Made by a program: the position numbers and the translations under genes. Below the pieces are notes generated by a model. It ran no database searches, was not told the origin of the DNA, and saw only the letters and a list, made by a program, of their open reading frames with translations. Below are positions 19,374-29,514 of a DNA stretch of 64,000 bases, in pieces. Each line of letters starts with the position of its first letter. The first letter of the stretch is position 1. This DNA comes from Flavobacteriaceae bacterium (GTDB lineage Bacteria; Bacteroidota; Bacteroidia; Flavobacteriales; Flavobacteriaceae). The DNA lies in NCBI GenBank assembly GCA_049446615.1, contig JBMTQW010000001.1, forward strand, positions 11,992 to 75,991, read 5' to 3'.

Positions 19374-22292
19374 TTGCAATCTCATCCCTTACATTCTAAA
19401 CTCACCACTTTAAATTCTAAGCTAGCTGGAACAATTAAATGGGATCGACTTCACCAGTATCTTTACGCAACAGATGCCTCTGTATACAAGCGAAATCCCT
19501 TAGCTGTGGCCTTTCCAAAGGGAAAAAATGATTTGCAAGAAATTATTGCCTTTGCACAGCAGCATAAAATTGGACTTATTCCGAGAACCGCCGGAACCTC
19601 TCTAGCAGGTCAGTGTGTAGGTGAAGGTATTGTGGTTGATGTTTCAAAACATTTTACTGAAATTTTAAAAATTGATCCTAAACAGAATACGGTGACCGTT
19701 CAGCCCGGTGTAAATCGAGATGCGTTGAATCAGGTGTTAGCGCCTTTAGATCTTTTTTTCGGTCCCAATACATCCACCTCACAGTATTGTTTACTAGGCG
19801 GAATGTTGGGAAACAATTCTTCGGGAACAACCTCAATTCGCTATGGGGTAACACGTGACAAGGTCATTGCAGTTGAGGCACTGCTTAGTGATGGATCAGA
19901 AGTGGTATTTAAACCTTGTACAGCATCTGAAATAAAAGAAAAAGCAGCCTTACCCACTTTAGAAGGTGAAATTTACCGCCAATTAGAAGAAATGCTATCT
20001 GACCCTAAAACACAAGAAGGAATTAGAAACGAATTCCCTGAGGCCAGTATCCACAGAAGAAATACAGGATATGCTCTTGATGTTTTAATTGACCAAAGAC
20101 CCTTTACTTCTGATGGTTCGCTTTTTAATATTTCAAAACTACTTGCCGGAAGTGAAGGTACCCTGGCGATTACAACAGCCATAACATTTGCTTTAGAACC
20201 CCTTCCCCCTAAGCACAGTGCTATGCTTGCCTTGCATTTTAAAAGTATTCATGATGCAATGAATGCGGTTGTTCCTGTAATGGAGCATCATTTGTACACC
20301 TGTGAATTGATTGATAAAACCATTTTAGATTGCACGAAAGGACACCCGGGTTTTAAAGAACATCGCTTTTTTATTCAAGGAGACCCTAAAGCCATATTGT
20401 TACTTGAGTTACGGAATAATGATAAAGAAATTCTTGCCTCTGATTTACAAAAATTAGAAGCCACAGTGGCCGCTTCTGGCTGGAGTTATGCGGCAGTACC
20501 CCTTTGGGATGAAGCCATTGATAAAGCTAATGCTCTTCGACATGCGGGGTTGGGTTTATTGGGAAATATGATTGGTGATCAAAAAGCCGTTGCCTGCATA
20601 GAAGATACAGCAGTACCCTTACCCAAATTAGCAGATTATATAGATGAATTTGAACACCTCATGCTTTCTTTTGATCAGAATGTGGTGTATTATGCTCATG
20701 CAGGAGCAGGGGAATTGCATTTGCGTCCCATTCTCAATCTCAAAACAAAAGAGGGTGTACGCGATTTTAGAGCAATTACAGAAGCTGTAGCACGATTAGT
20801 GAAGAAATACAACGGATCATTAAGTGGAGAACACGGTGATGGCATTGTACGCTCTGAATTTATTCCCATTGTAGTTGGCCAGGAAAATTATAATCGATTT
20901 AAACAAATTAAAACCTTGTTTGATCCCAATGGGATATTCAATCCAGGGAAAATTGTAGATCCCTATCCCATGGATGAACAAATGCGAACATCAATTGCAA
21001 GCACTCCTGAATTTGAAACCGCGTTTGATTTTAGTGCAGATCAAGGAATTTATCGAGCGGCAGAAAAATGTAATGGTGCTGGCGCTTGCCGATCAACACT
21101 TCCCAAAGGCACTCTTTGTCCAAGTTATCGTGCAACAAAAGAGGAAAAGCACAACACAAGAGGTAGAGCAAATGTATTGCGAGAGGTCCTTTCCAACCAA
21201 AAAAGTCCAAATGCCTTTGATGATGCCGATTTAAAAGACGTGTTTGATCTCTGCTTAAGTTGTAAAGCCTGCGCAACAGAATGTCCGAGCAGTGTTGACA
21301 TAGCCACATATAAAGCGGAATTTTTGTATCAATACCACAAATCAAACCCTCGTTCATTACGGGATAGGTTGTTTGCTTTTTCCGGAAAATTGAGCAAGAA
21401 AAATCAATCCATACGGGGTTTACATAATTTTATGTTAACTCAACCCTTGCTTTCATCACTAATAAAAAAGGGAATCGGGATTGCCAAAGAACGATCCTTG
21501 CCCAAATTAGAAAAGTCTTTGTACCCTTCCATCACCCAAAGCGAATCCCGGCCATTTCAAAAAAAGGTTTATGTTTATTTGGATGAGTTTACCAATTACC
21601 ATGAAACAGAAATTGGAAAAGAAGCCCTACTTCTTTTAAAGGCCTTAGGGTATAATGTAACTGTATTGCCTCCCTCAGAAAGTGGAAGAACCTATATTTC
21701 AAAAGGGTTTCTAGAAGAGGCAAAGAAATGTGCAGACGCCAATATTCTCAAATACCATCCTTTGCTTTCTGAAGAAATCCCTCTTATTGGGATTGAACCG
21801 TCGGCCATTTATACCTTTACCGATGAATACATCAAATTATCAAGTTATCCCAACAAAGCTAAAGAAGTAGCCCAGCATTGTTATTTGATCGAGGCCTTTT
21901 TAGCCCAAGAAATTGAGAAAGGAGTTCTTAAGCCCTCCCTTTTTCATTTAGAAAAAAAGGAAGTTAAAATTCACGCACATTGTTATCAAAAGGCCTTAGG
22001 GAGCCCAGCCGATACGTTTAAAATTTTGTCGCTTCCCACCAATTATACTGTTCGCTTAATGAATACAGGATGTTGCGGTATGGCGGGATCGTTTGGTTTT
22101 GAAAAAGAACATTATAAAATTAGTCAGTTGGTGGGTGAAGAACGTCTTTTTCCTTCAATTCGAAAAGCAAATCAAGAACTTATCATTGCCGCAAACGGAA
22201 CCAGTTGTCGACATCAAATTCAGGAAGGTACAGGACGCAAAAGCCTCCATCCGGTGCAGATTCTCTATCGGGCTTTGCAGAAAAAAACTTAA
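19374..22292 (+). CDS. ydiJ: FAD-linked oxidase fused to an Fe-S/CCG domain (YdiJ-type; candidate D-2-hydroxyglutarate dehydrogenase)
   Basis: 972 aa. FAD-oxidase motif [10 protein letters not shown], ferredoxin-type [13 protein letters not shown] plus an upstream Cys cluster (CNGAGACRS...CPSY), and a C-terminal Cys-rich (CCG-like) region NTGCCGMAG. Apparent TTG start at 19374, since there is no in-frame ATG nearby. Confidence 0.75.
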   Translation: MQSHPLHSKLTTLNSKLAGTIKWDRLHQYLYATDASVYKRNPLAVAFPKGKNDLQEIIAFAQQHKIGLIPRTAGTSLAGQCVGEGIVVDVSKHFTEILKIDPKQNTVTVQPGVNRDALNQVLAPLDLFFGPNTSTSQYCLLGGMLGNNSSGTTSIRYGVTRDKVIAVEALLSDGSEVVFKPCTASEIKEKAALPTLEGEIYRQLEEMLSDPKTQEGIRNEFPEASIHRRNTGYALDVLIDQRPFTSDGSLFNISKLLAGSEGTLAITTAITFALEPLPPKHSAMLALHFKSIHDAMNAVVPVMEHHLYTCELIDKTILDCTKGHPGFKEHRFFIQGDPKAILLLELRNNDKEILASDLQKLEATVAASGWSYAAVPLWDEAIDKANALRHAGLGLLGNMIGDQKAVACIEDTAVPLPKLADYIDEFEHLMLSFDQNVVYYAHAGAGELHLRPILNLKTKEGVRDFRAITEAVARLVKKYNGSLSGEHGDGIVRSEFIPIVVGQENYNRFKQIKTLFDPNGIFNPGKIVDPYPMDEQMRTSIASTPEFETAFDFSADQGIYRAAEKCNGAGACRSTLPKGTLCPSYRATKEEKHNTRGRANVLREVLSNQKSPNAFDDADLKDVFDLCLSCKACATECPSSVDIATYKAEFLYQYHKSNPRSLRDRLFAFSGKLSKKNQSIRGLHNFMLTQPLLSSLIKKGIGIAKERSLPKLEKSLYPSITQSESRPFQKKVYVYLDEFTNYHETEIGKEALLLLKALGYNVTVLPPSESGRTYISKGFLEEAKKCADANILKYHPLLSEEIPLIGIEPSAIYTFTDEYIKLSSYPNKAKEVAQHCYLIEAFLAQEIEKGVLKPSLFHLEKKEVKIHAHCYQKALGSPADTFKILSLPTNYTVRLMNTGCCGMAGSFGFEKEHYKISQLVGEERLFPSIRKANQELIIAANGTSCRHQIQEGTGRKSLHPVQILYRALQKKT

Positions 22293-22345
22293 GGGGCAAA
22301 GTCTATCCCAAACATATCCTTTATCTTTGGATTTTAATTTTGAAA

Positions 22346-23410
22346 ATGGCAGCAAATTCATTTGGCATCTTATACCGACTCACAACTTTCGGAGAATCTC
22401 ATGGTCCTGCGATAGGTGGAGTTATTGATGGATGTCCTGCAGGAGTTACTCTTGATTTTGAGGCTATCCAGAAGGATTTAGATCGACGTAAACCGGGACA
22501 GTCTGCTATAGTAACCCAACGGAAAGAACCGGATGAAGTTGAATTCTTGTCGGGTATTTTTGAGGGAAAAACAACCGGAACTCCAATCGGTTTTTGCATT
22601 CGAAATACGAATCAAAAATCACAGGATTACAGTCATATTAAACAACAATACCGACCTTCACATGCGGATTATGTGTACGATGAAAAGTACGGATTTCGCG
22701 ATTATCGAGGAGGAGGAAGAAGTTCTGCCCGTGAAACTGCCAGTAGAGTAGTGGCAGGAGCTATTGCAAAACAATTTCTCAATCCCATTACTATACAAGC
22801 GTATGTTTCAGCTGTAGGTAGCTTACAATTAGAAAAGAGTCCGGATCAGCTGGATTTATCTTTAGCTGAACAAAACATCGTTCGTTGCCCTGACCCACAA
22901 CTTGCTGTTCAAATGGAAGAATACATTAAACAAGTGCGTAAGGAAGGTGACACGGTAGGTGGGGTGGTCAGTTGTGTAATTAAAAATGTACCTAAGGGAT
23001 TAGGTGCTCCCGTTTTTGATAAGCTACATGCCGTTTTAGGTCACGCCATGCTATCAATCAATGCAGTAAAAGGGTTTGAATACGGAAGTGGTTTTGAGGG
23101 TATTAAAATGAAAGGGAGTGAGCATAATGATCTTTACCACAAAGACGGAACTACTTTAACCAACCGCTCAGGAGGGGTACAAGGAGGAATATCAAACGGG
23201 ATGGACATCTATTTTAATGTCGCTTTTAAACCTGTAGCTACAATTATGCAAAAACAAGAAGCGCTAACCCATGAAGGTGAGCTAGTCGAAATGCAAGGCA
23301 AAGGTCGGCACGATCCCTGTGTGGTCCCCAGAGCAGTTCCTATTGTGGAGGCTATGGCAGCATTAGTATTGGCTGATTTTACCCTTCTCAAACGAGCAGA
23401 TAAACTTTAA
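22346..23410 (+). CDS. aroC: Chorismate synthase
   Basis: The conserved N-terminus begins at the ATG at 22346 ([29 protein letters not shown]). The longer track ORF (22205) overlaps the upstream gene and is not supported. Confidence 0.92.
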   Translation: MAANSFGILYRLTTFGESHGPAIGGVIDGCPAGVTLDFEAIQKDLDRRKPGQSAIVTQRKEPDEVEFLSGIFEGKTTGTPIGFCIRNTNQKSQDYSHIKQQYRPSHADYVYDEKYGFRDYRGGGRSSARETASRVVAGAIAKQFLNPITIQAYVSAVGSLQLEKSPDQLDLSLAEQNIVRCPDPQLAVQMEEYIKQVRKEGDTVGGVVSCVIKNVPKGLGAPVFDKLHAVLGHAMLSINAVKGFEYGSGFEGIKMKGSEHNDLYHKDGTTLTNRSGGVQGGISNGMDIYFNVAFKPVATIMQKQEALTHEGELVEMQGKGRHDPCVVPRAVPIVEAMAALVLADFTLLKRADKL

Positions 23411-23426
23411 TTTACCCACAATCTTC

Positions 23427-24704
23427 ATGAAAAAATTAGCATTACACTGGAAAATATTAATTGGAATGGCTCTTGGAGTCTTGGTTGGAATAGGGTTGTC
23501 CTTTTTCTCTTTTGGCCCCGAATTCATCAAAGATTACATTAAACCCTTTGGTTCTTTATTTATTAATTTATTGAAGCTTATAGCAGTTCCGCTGATCTTA
23601 GCTTCCTTAATTAAGGGAATATCCGATCTCAAAGACATTTCTAAACTCTCTCAAATGGGTGGACGAACAATTGTCACCTATCTGATTACGACGCTCACTG
23701 CAGTTTCTATTGGGTTGATTTTGGTAAATATTATTCAACCTGGTAAATCAATAAGTGTTGAAACCCGGCAAGAATTAGTAGATGCCTATGCCTCTGACAC
23801 TCAAGAAAAACAAGAAGCCGCAGCCAAACAAAGAGAAGCAGGCCCCCTTCAACCTTTGGTTGACGTAGTGCCTTCAAACATTATTAGTGCAGCTTCAGAT
23901 AATCGCAATATGCTTCAGGTTATCTTCTTTGCTTTGTTTTTTGGAATAGGTATGATTTTACTTCCTGAGAGCACCGTTCAACCTGTAAAAAGTTTTTTCG
24001 ACTCATTAAATTCCATCATTCTAAAATTAATTGACCTTATCATGTTGTCAGCACCCTTTGGGGTTTTTGCTTTACTCGCAGCATTGGTTGTTGAGGCACC
24101 GAGTTTAGAGCTTTTCCAAGCATTAGCCCTTTATGCCATTACCTTGCTCCTGGGGTTAGCATTAATGATTGTGGTCTATATCCTTATTGTAAAAATCTTT
24201 ACAAAACGCAGCCCCTCTTTTTTTATGAGAGGAATTGCACCTGCACAACTTTTAGCCTTTTCAACAAGTTCTAGTGCTGCTACCTTACCCGCAACAATGG
24301 AGTGTGTAGAAGACAACTTAGGAGTAGATGAGGAAGTGGCAAGCTTTGTGCTACCCATCGGTGCAACAATAAATATGGACGGGACTTCAGTATACCAAGG
24401 GGTTGCCGCAGTATTTATAGCCCAGGCGTTTGGTCTTGACTTGAGTTTTACGGCTCAATTGGGCATTGTATTTACAGCCACTTTAGCCTCAATCGGAACC
24501 GCTGCCGTTCCTAGTGCAGGAATAGTAATGCTACTCATTGTATTGGCCCAAGCCGGAATCCCCGAAGCAGGGTTGGCATTGATATTTGCTATTGATCGCC
24601 CATTAGATATGTGTCGTACCATAGTAAATGTTACTGGCGACGCAGCCGTATCTATGCTGGTAGGAAAATCTATCGGTAAGTTAAAAGAGGTACCAAAAAC
24701 GTAG
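23427..24704 (+). CDS. Dicarboxylate/amino acid:cation symporter (DAACS family, GltP/DctA-like)
   Basis: 425 aa, polytopic. Family motif DRPLDMCRTIVNVTGDA. Confidence 0.88.
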   Translation: MKKLALHWKILIGMALGVLVGIGLSFFSFGPEFIKDYIKPFGSLFINLLKLIAVPLILASLIKGISDLKDISKLSQMGGRTIVTYLITTLTAVSIGLILVNIIQPGKSISVETRQELVDAYASDTQEKQEAAAKQREAGPLQPLVDVVPSNIISAASDNRNMLQVIFFALFFGIGMILLPESTVQPVKSFFDSLNSIILKLIDLIMLSAPFGVFALLAALVVEAPSLELFQALALYAITLLLGLALMIVVYILIVKIFTKRSPSFFMRGIAPAQLLAFSTSSSAATLPATMECVEDNLGVDEEVASFVLPIGATINMDGTSVYQGVAAVFIAQAFGLDLSFTAQLGIVFTATLASIGTAAVPSAGIVMLLIVLAQAGIPEAGLALIFAIDRPLDMCRTIVNVTGDAAVSMLVGKSIGKLKEVPKT

Positions 24705-24705
24705 T

Positions 24706-25100
24706 TTATTTCTTTTTTAACAAATCTCGAATTTCCGTTAAAAGCACTTCTTCTTTTGTAGGAATGGGGTCTGTTTTCTTCACTTCCTCTTCCTTCTTTT
24801 GCATTTTATTATAGGTTTTAACAACCATAAATATGGCAAAAGAAACAATTAAAAAGGTAAGTATGGTATTGATAAATAAGCCGTATTGAAGCGCAACTTC
24901 AGCCTGTTCCCCTTGGGCTTTTTGAATAATAAACTTTAAAGAAGAAAATCTACGCCTCCTAAAAGCATACCCACTGGGGGCATGATAATATCATTCACTA
25001 AAGATTTGACTATGGCTCCAAAGTAGGTGGCCATAATTAATCCTACGGCCAAGTCAATTACACTTCCGCGACTTATAAATTTTTTAAAATCTTTCTTAAA
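24706..25100 (-). pseudogene. mscL: Large-conductance mechanosensitive channel (mscL) remnant: frameshifted, with no in-frame start codon
   Basis: No ORF of 60 aa or more is listed here. Hand translation gives [52 protein letters not shown], then a stop at 24936..24938. The -1 frame continues [80 protein letters not shown] with its stop at 24706..24708. The frames join at the A4 run 24945..24948. Upstream of the F codon at 25098..25100 is an in-frame TAA (25101..25103), and no ATG, GTG or TTG is available. Confidence 0.75.
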
Positions 25101-25127
25101 TTACTAATTTGAGGTTTTGCCTTTAAA

Positions 25128-25523
25128 TTACAAAAATTTGTGTTTATATTTTTTTTGGGGTAAAGGGCATTCTGTGTATTTTCCAAACCATTGATAACGC
25201 TTTGCCGCTATAAAACGATAGATTTTCTGTGTCCAAAATGAAGGTAAAAATGAAAATATTAGCAAAACTTTCCACCCCCCACCAAGGGTTTTTAGCAGTG
25301 TAAATAAGGCTTTATCCTCTGTATAAATTTTGTTTTCTTTGATGACCACAATTGAATCATAGCTTAAAAGCGAAAGGTTATTTTGCTTTTCCCATTGTTT
25401 TGCCCATTCCCCGTTTAAAGAAGCAAACTGAAGGCGATTATTTCGGTCCCAGCGGCACAAAACACGAACCCAAAAATGACAGAGTACACAAATGCCGTCA
25501 AAGAGAACGACTGCTTTTGTCAT
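25128..25523 (-). CDS. DCC-family thiol-disulfide oxidoreductase (DUF393)
   Basis: 131 aa. N-terminal DGxCxLC motif (FDGICVLCHFW). The start overlaps the mutS2 stop (ATGA at 25520..25523). Confidence 0.8.
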   Translation of the reverse strand: MTKAVVLFDGICVLCHFWVRVLCRWDRNNRLQFASLNGEWAKQWEKQNNLSLLSYDSIVVIKENKIYTEDKALFTLLKTLGGGWKVLLIFSFLPSFWTQKIYRFIAAKRYQWFGKYTECPLPQKKYKHKFL

Positions 25524-27703
25524 CGTTTCTTTTTATCTGAAGACACAAATACTAACTGATCAACATTGACTTGTGTAGTGAATTGACCGTAATTCACAAT
25601 TGCTTGATTCTTTTTTAAAGATTCAATAGTGCCTGTTGACCGACCGTCTTCAAGACGTACACGATCGCCAACTTTTAAAACAACAGTAGGAATTTGTGCA
25701 GGCTTTTGCTTTTCTACTCGCTTTTCAATTTTCTTTTCTTTTCGGACCTCAACTAATGTTTTTTGCAATTCCACCTCTTGCTTTTTCTTTGCCTCTCGAT
25801 CTTTTTTAGCGATTGCTGCTGATTTCCTTTTACGCTTCGCATTTTCAGTTTCAATCAGCTGAAGCAAAGAAGCAATTAAAGGTCTTTTTTTATTGGTTTC
25901 AAAAAAACGTTCGGCAATTCCATTTACTTTATCTCCTAATTGAATCATGCGTTGATGATGATCATAGAGCTCTTGGTAACTGTATAACTTTGCTTTTAGT
26001 TTAGCGTTGGTAGTCTCCAATTCTTCACTTTCTTTAGCGGCTTTTTGCTCTTGTGATTTTAATGATTGTTCTGTTTTTTGGAGCGTAGAGCGTTCTTTTT
26101 GAAGTTTTGCAATGGTAGCATCAAACCGAACTTTTCCTTTTTCAATTTTCTTTTTGGCACGGTTAATCAAGCTGTAAGGCAAACCATTTTTTTGGGCTAC
26201 TTCAAAGGTGAATGAACTACCGGCTTCTCCCATTATGAGCTTAAACACAGGCTCAAGGGTTTTGTTGTCAAATTGCATATTGGCATTTACCATGCCCGGT
26301 TTTTCATCAGCCAAAGCTTTTAAATTTGCGTAATGAGTCGTTATTAGTCCAAAAGCGTTACGTTCATAAAAATCTTCTAAAATCGCTTCGGCAAGGGCAC
26401 CTCCTAATTCCGGATCGGAACCTGTTCCGAATTCATCAATTAAAAAAAGAGTAGACGATGAACATTTTTTTAAAAAATATTTCATGTTTTTAAGCCTGTA
26501 GGAATAGGTGCTCAAATGATTTTCAATGGATTGATTATCGCCAATGTCGGTTAGAATTCGTTCAAAAAAACAAGCTTTGCTACGTTCATGTACTGGAAGT
26601 AAAAAACCGCTTTGCAACATAAGTTGAAGCAAGCCAATAGTTTTAAGGGTAATGCTTTTTCCTCCTGCATTTGGGCCAGAAATTACCACAATACGTTGTT
26701 CAGGGTGTAAAGCGATATCTTGAGGATAGGTAGGTTTATTTTCTCTTTGGTGCGTGCTATAGAGTAGGGGATGAAAAGCGGCTTTATACTCAAGAGTAGT
26801 TGTTTCGGTATTGATTTCAGGCAAAACACCGTTAATTTCTCTGGCGTAACACGCCTTTGCATAAACACAATCCATTTTGAGTAAAAACTCATGTTGGGCT
26901 TGTAAATAGGGCGCAAAAGGCCGAAGAAAATGAGTGAGATTGCGAAGAATTTTATTGATTTCTTCAGTCTCTTCAAATTGAAGGTTGTTTAATTCACGAG
27001 ATAGGGCATGAGTAGTTTCTGGCTCTATAAATACGATACTTCCAGTTTTAGAACTGCCAAGCACAGCTCCTTTTACTTTTCTGCGGTACATCGCTTTTAC
27101 TGCAAGTACCCGTCGGTTGTCTTGAACGGATTCACGTATATCATCCAAATAATCTGCTTGGGCATATAAGCGTAGTGCCTTAGTAAAACTCGTGCCAATT
27201 TTTGAACGCAGTTGATTCATTTCTTTTCGGATGCGAAACAATTCATCTGACGCTCGATCGCGGACCTCACCAAATCGATCGATTACATTATCAACAGCGG
27301 GTTTTATTTCTTTTTCTTCGTAAATCGATTCTGTACAACGAAAAAGGGTGGGGTAATACGAGGCAAATTTGGTCAAAAACTTGAGTAGGGTATTCGTTGT
27401 TTCTGTGTTTGAGGCTATATTTCTAAACGTTTCAATTTCTAGAATACTATTGTCGATACGGAGTAGTGAAAAGACAGTTGTACAATCTTCAAAACCGTGG
27501 TTTGGAATTCGATTATCATTGTCAAAAGAAGCTCTAAACTCTGAAGTAGCCTGAAGCATTTCCATTAATTCCGCTTTGTCATTTCCCGGAAGCAAGGCAT
27601 TTATTTCCTGCTTGCCAAGGGGGGTAATGGCATGTGAAGCGCATTGACGAAGTACCTCGTTATATTCGAGGTCTTCTAGCGTTTTTAACGGAATTTTAGC
27701 CAT
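25520..27703 (-). CDS. mutS2: MutS2-family ATPase lacking a C-terminal Smr domain
   Basis: 727 aa. Walker A ISGPNAGGKS, Walker B LIDEFGTGSDP, a K/E-rich coiled-coil region, and a KOW-like C-terminus VGDRVRLEDGRSTGTIESL. No Smr-type motif is present. Confidence 0.85.
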   Translation of the reverse strand: MAKIPLKTLEDLEYNEVLRQCASHAITPLGKQEINALLPGNDKAELMEMLQATSEFRASFDNDNRIPNHGFEDCTTVFSLLRIDNSILEIETFRNIASNTETTNTLLKFLTKFASYYPTLFRCTESIYEEKEIKPAVDNVIDRFGEVRDRASDELFRIRKEMNQLRSKIGTSFTKALRLYAQADYLDDIRESVQDNRRVLAVKAMYRRKVKGAVLGSSKTGSIVFIEPETTHALSRELNNLQFEETEEINKILRNLTHFLRPFAPYLQAQHEFLLKMDCVYAKACYAREINGVLPEINTETTTLEYKAAFHPLLYSTHQRENKPTYPQDIALHPEQRIVVISGPNAGGKSITLKTIGLLQLMLQSGFLLPVHERSKACFFERILTDIGDNQSIENHLSTYSYRLKNMKYFLKKCSSSTLFLIDEFGTGSDPELGGALAEAILEDFYERNAFGLITTHYANLKALADEKPGMVNANMQFDNKTLEPVFKLIMGEAGSSFTFEVAQKNGLPYSLINRAKKKIEKGKVRFDATIAKLQKERSTLQKTEQSLKSQEQKAAKESEELETTNAKLKAKLYSYQELYDHHQRMIQLGDKVNGIAERFFETNKKRPLIASLLQLIETENAKRKRKSAAIAKKDREAKKKQEVELQKTLVEVRKEKKIEKRVEKQKPAQIPTVVLKVGDRVRLEDGRSTGTIESLKKNQAIVNYGQFTTQVNVDQLVFVSSDKKKR

Positions 27704-27741
27704 GTGTTTTTCTTACCTTAGCCTGCAAAAGTAATAAATTC

Positions 27742-28407
27742 ATGAAGGTTCAGATACATCCCAGTTGGGAATTCGCCCTAAGAAAGGAGTTTGAATCAGC
27801 CTATTTTCATGAGCTTACCGCCATTGTTAAAACGGAATATAAAGAAACGCTTTGTTATCCCTCAGCACCGTTAATTTTTTCCGCATTTAATTGTTGCCCT
27901 GTGGATCAAGTAAAGGTGGTTTTGCTTGGTCAAGATCCTTATCATGGGGATGGGCAAGCGGATGGGTTGTGTTTTTCTGTCCCGGAGGGAATCACACATC
28001 CCCCTTCTTTGATTAATATCTTTAAAGAAATTCAAACGGATTTGCATCTTCCTTATCCTAAAAGTGGGAATTTAGTTCGATGGGCCCATCAAGGGGTGTT
28101 GTTGCTAAATGCTACTTTAACCGTTCAAGCCCATCAGCCCGGAAGTCACCAAAAGAAAGGTTGGGAACAATTTACAGATAGCGTAATACGTTATTTGTCA
28201 GCGCAACACACCCATTTGGTTTTTATGCTTTGGGGTGGCTATGCCAAACAGAAAAGCAAATTTATTGACACTTCCAAACACTTAGTGTTGACTAGTGGAC
28301 ACCCTTCACCCCTTAGTGCCAATCGGGGATACTGGTTTGGGAATAAACACTTTAGTAAGTGTAATGCGTATTTGGCACGCCAAGGAAAAAAGGAAATTCA
28401 ATGGTAG
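27742..28407 (+). CDS. ung: Uracil-DNA glycosylase (family 1)
   Basis: 221 aa. Motifs GQDPYHG and GHPSPLSA. Confidence 0.95.
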   Translation: MKVQIHPSWEFALRKEFESAYFHELTAIVKTEYKETLCYPSAPLIFSAFNCCPVDQVKVVLLGQDPYHGDGQADGLCFSVPEGITHPPSLINIFKEIQTDLHLPYPKSGNLVRWAHQGVLLLNATLTVQAHQPGSHQKKGWEQFTDSVIRYLSAQHTHLVFMLWGGYAKQKSKFIDTSKHLVLTSGHPSPLSANRGYWFGNKHFSKCNAYLARQGKKEIQW

Positions 28408-28416
28408 AAAGTTTAT

Positions 28417-28758
28417 TTAGCCTCCAACACGTTTGACCTGATGTCCCATTTGGGTTAAAAGCGCTATCAGTTGATCCCGATAATTTCCCTGAATGATAAT
28501 TTCTCCATCTTTAGTGGTACCTCCTACACCTATGGCTTTTTGTAAAGATTTGGTTAATGCTTTTACTTCGGCTGAAGATCCTTCAAATCCTTTAATCACT
28601 GTTACGGTTTTACCTCCCCGTCCTTTATTACTAAAATGCGCTTCTAAATACTGTTTTTTTTGGGGAACTTCGGCCAAGGGTTCGGGATTTGGATCTGGCG
28701 CAAGATTCGAAAATTGTAATTTCGCTAGGGCTTCAAAACTGGTTAATTTCTTTGTCAT
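28417..28758 (-). CDS. yciH: SUI1/eIF1-like translation initiation factor (YciH family)
   Basis: 113 aa. SUI1-domain core GRGGKTVTVIKGF...GGTTKDGEIIIQG. Confidence 0.8.
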   Translation of the reverse strand: MTKKLTSFEALAKLQFSNLAPDPNPEPLAEVPQKKQYLEAHFSNKGRGGKTVTVIKGFEGSSAEVKALTKSLQKAIGVGGTTKDGEIIIQGNYRDQLIALLTQMGHQVKRVGG

Positions 28759-28806
28759 TAAAAAAGACTTATTCCTGCTAAAATAGTATTTTAGAGAAAA
28801 AGTAGA

Positions 28807-29379
28807 ATGAATTTCAGAATTCTTATTTTTCTAATCAGTTTGACCAGTTTGGCACAAGAACTTCCTTTTTCAACGCTACCTCCAGCTCCAGAAGTACTAA
28901 ATGTATCCTCTTCTTTAAGGCGAATGATTCAAGGTTTAGGCTTTCGTTTTTATTGGGCTACAGAGGGACTAAGATCTGAAGACTTGACATATCGACCCTC
29001 TGCAGACGCTCAGAATACAATCGAAACAATTGCACATATTTACGGGCTATCGGACGTCATTTTAAAAACCTTAGAAGGCGCTGTGGCTGAACGTCCCCCC
29101 AAACAAATTCCTACAGACTTCATAACTTTACGAAAAGAAACGTTATTGCTGCTTGAGAAGGCTTCCAATGCAGTTACTCAACTTGATGACAATGAAATCC
29201 AAGAATTGAAAATTGAATTTTTACGAGGGGATCAAACTACGCGGTTTCCCATTTGGAATTTATACAACGGTCCTCTTTCTGATGCCCTTTATCATACCGG
29301 TCAGGTAGTGAGTTTTCGCCGATCTTCGGGAAATCCGATAGCCAAAGGGGTAAATGTCTTTTTAGGAATAAAACAATAG
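28807..29379 (+). CDS. Secreted DinB-superfamily-like protein (function unknown)
   Basis: 190 aa. Signal peptide MNFRILIFLISLTSLAQ. Spaced His residues (IAHIYG, LYHTGQVV) in a four-helix-like pattern. Confidence 0.5.
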   Translation: MNFRILIFLISLTSLAQELPFSTLPPAPEVLNVSSSLRRMIQGLGFRFYWATEGLRSEDLTYRPSADAQNTIETIAHIYGLSDVILKTLEGAVAERPPKQIPTDFITLRKETLLLLEKASNAVTQLDDNEIQELKIEFLRGDQTTRFPIWNLYNGPLSDALYHTGQVVSFRRSSGNPIAKGVNVFLGIKQ

Positions 29380-29409
29380 TGTTATTGGGCAAGGACCAAA
29401 GCCTTAGTC

Positions 29410-29514
29410 TTAATTGTCACGATCTTCAAAATTTTCTTTATCCTTTTCGTTAGCTCGATTTACAATGAGATAAATCAGTAGTCCTCCTCCGAGGATATAA
29501 ATAAAGAATTCCAT
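29410..29514 (-). CDS. Putative 34-aa single-TM miniprotein
   Basis: Hand translation gives MEFFIYILGGGLLIYLIVNRANEKDKENFEDRDN*. Its ATG (29512..29514) directly abuts the ybjQ stop (29515..29517). It is below the ORF-track size cutoff. Confidence 0.35.
   Translation of the reverse strand: MEFFIYILGGGLLIYLIVNRANEKDKENFEDRDN

Noticed and set aside
22205-22345. A 47-codon N-terminal extension of the aroC ORF.
   Set aside because: It overlaps the 3' end of the upstream 972-aa gene in another frame. The conserved AroC N-terminus (…FGESHG) begins right after the ATG at 22346.
25629-26004. A repetitive-looking purine/pyrimidine-rich stretch (ctttt/cttttt motifs) that could be mistaken for a tandem repeat.
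   Set aside because: It is the coding sequence for the Lys/Glu-rich coiled-coil segment of MutS2 (…KKDREAKKKQEVELQKTLVEVRKEKKIEKRVEKQK…). There is no fixed repeat unit.
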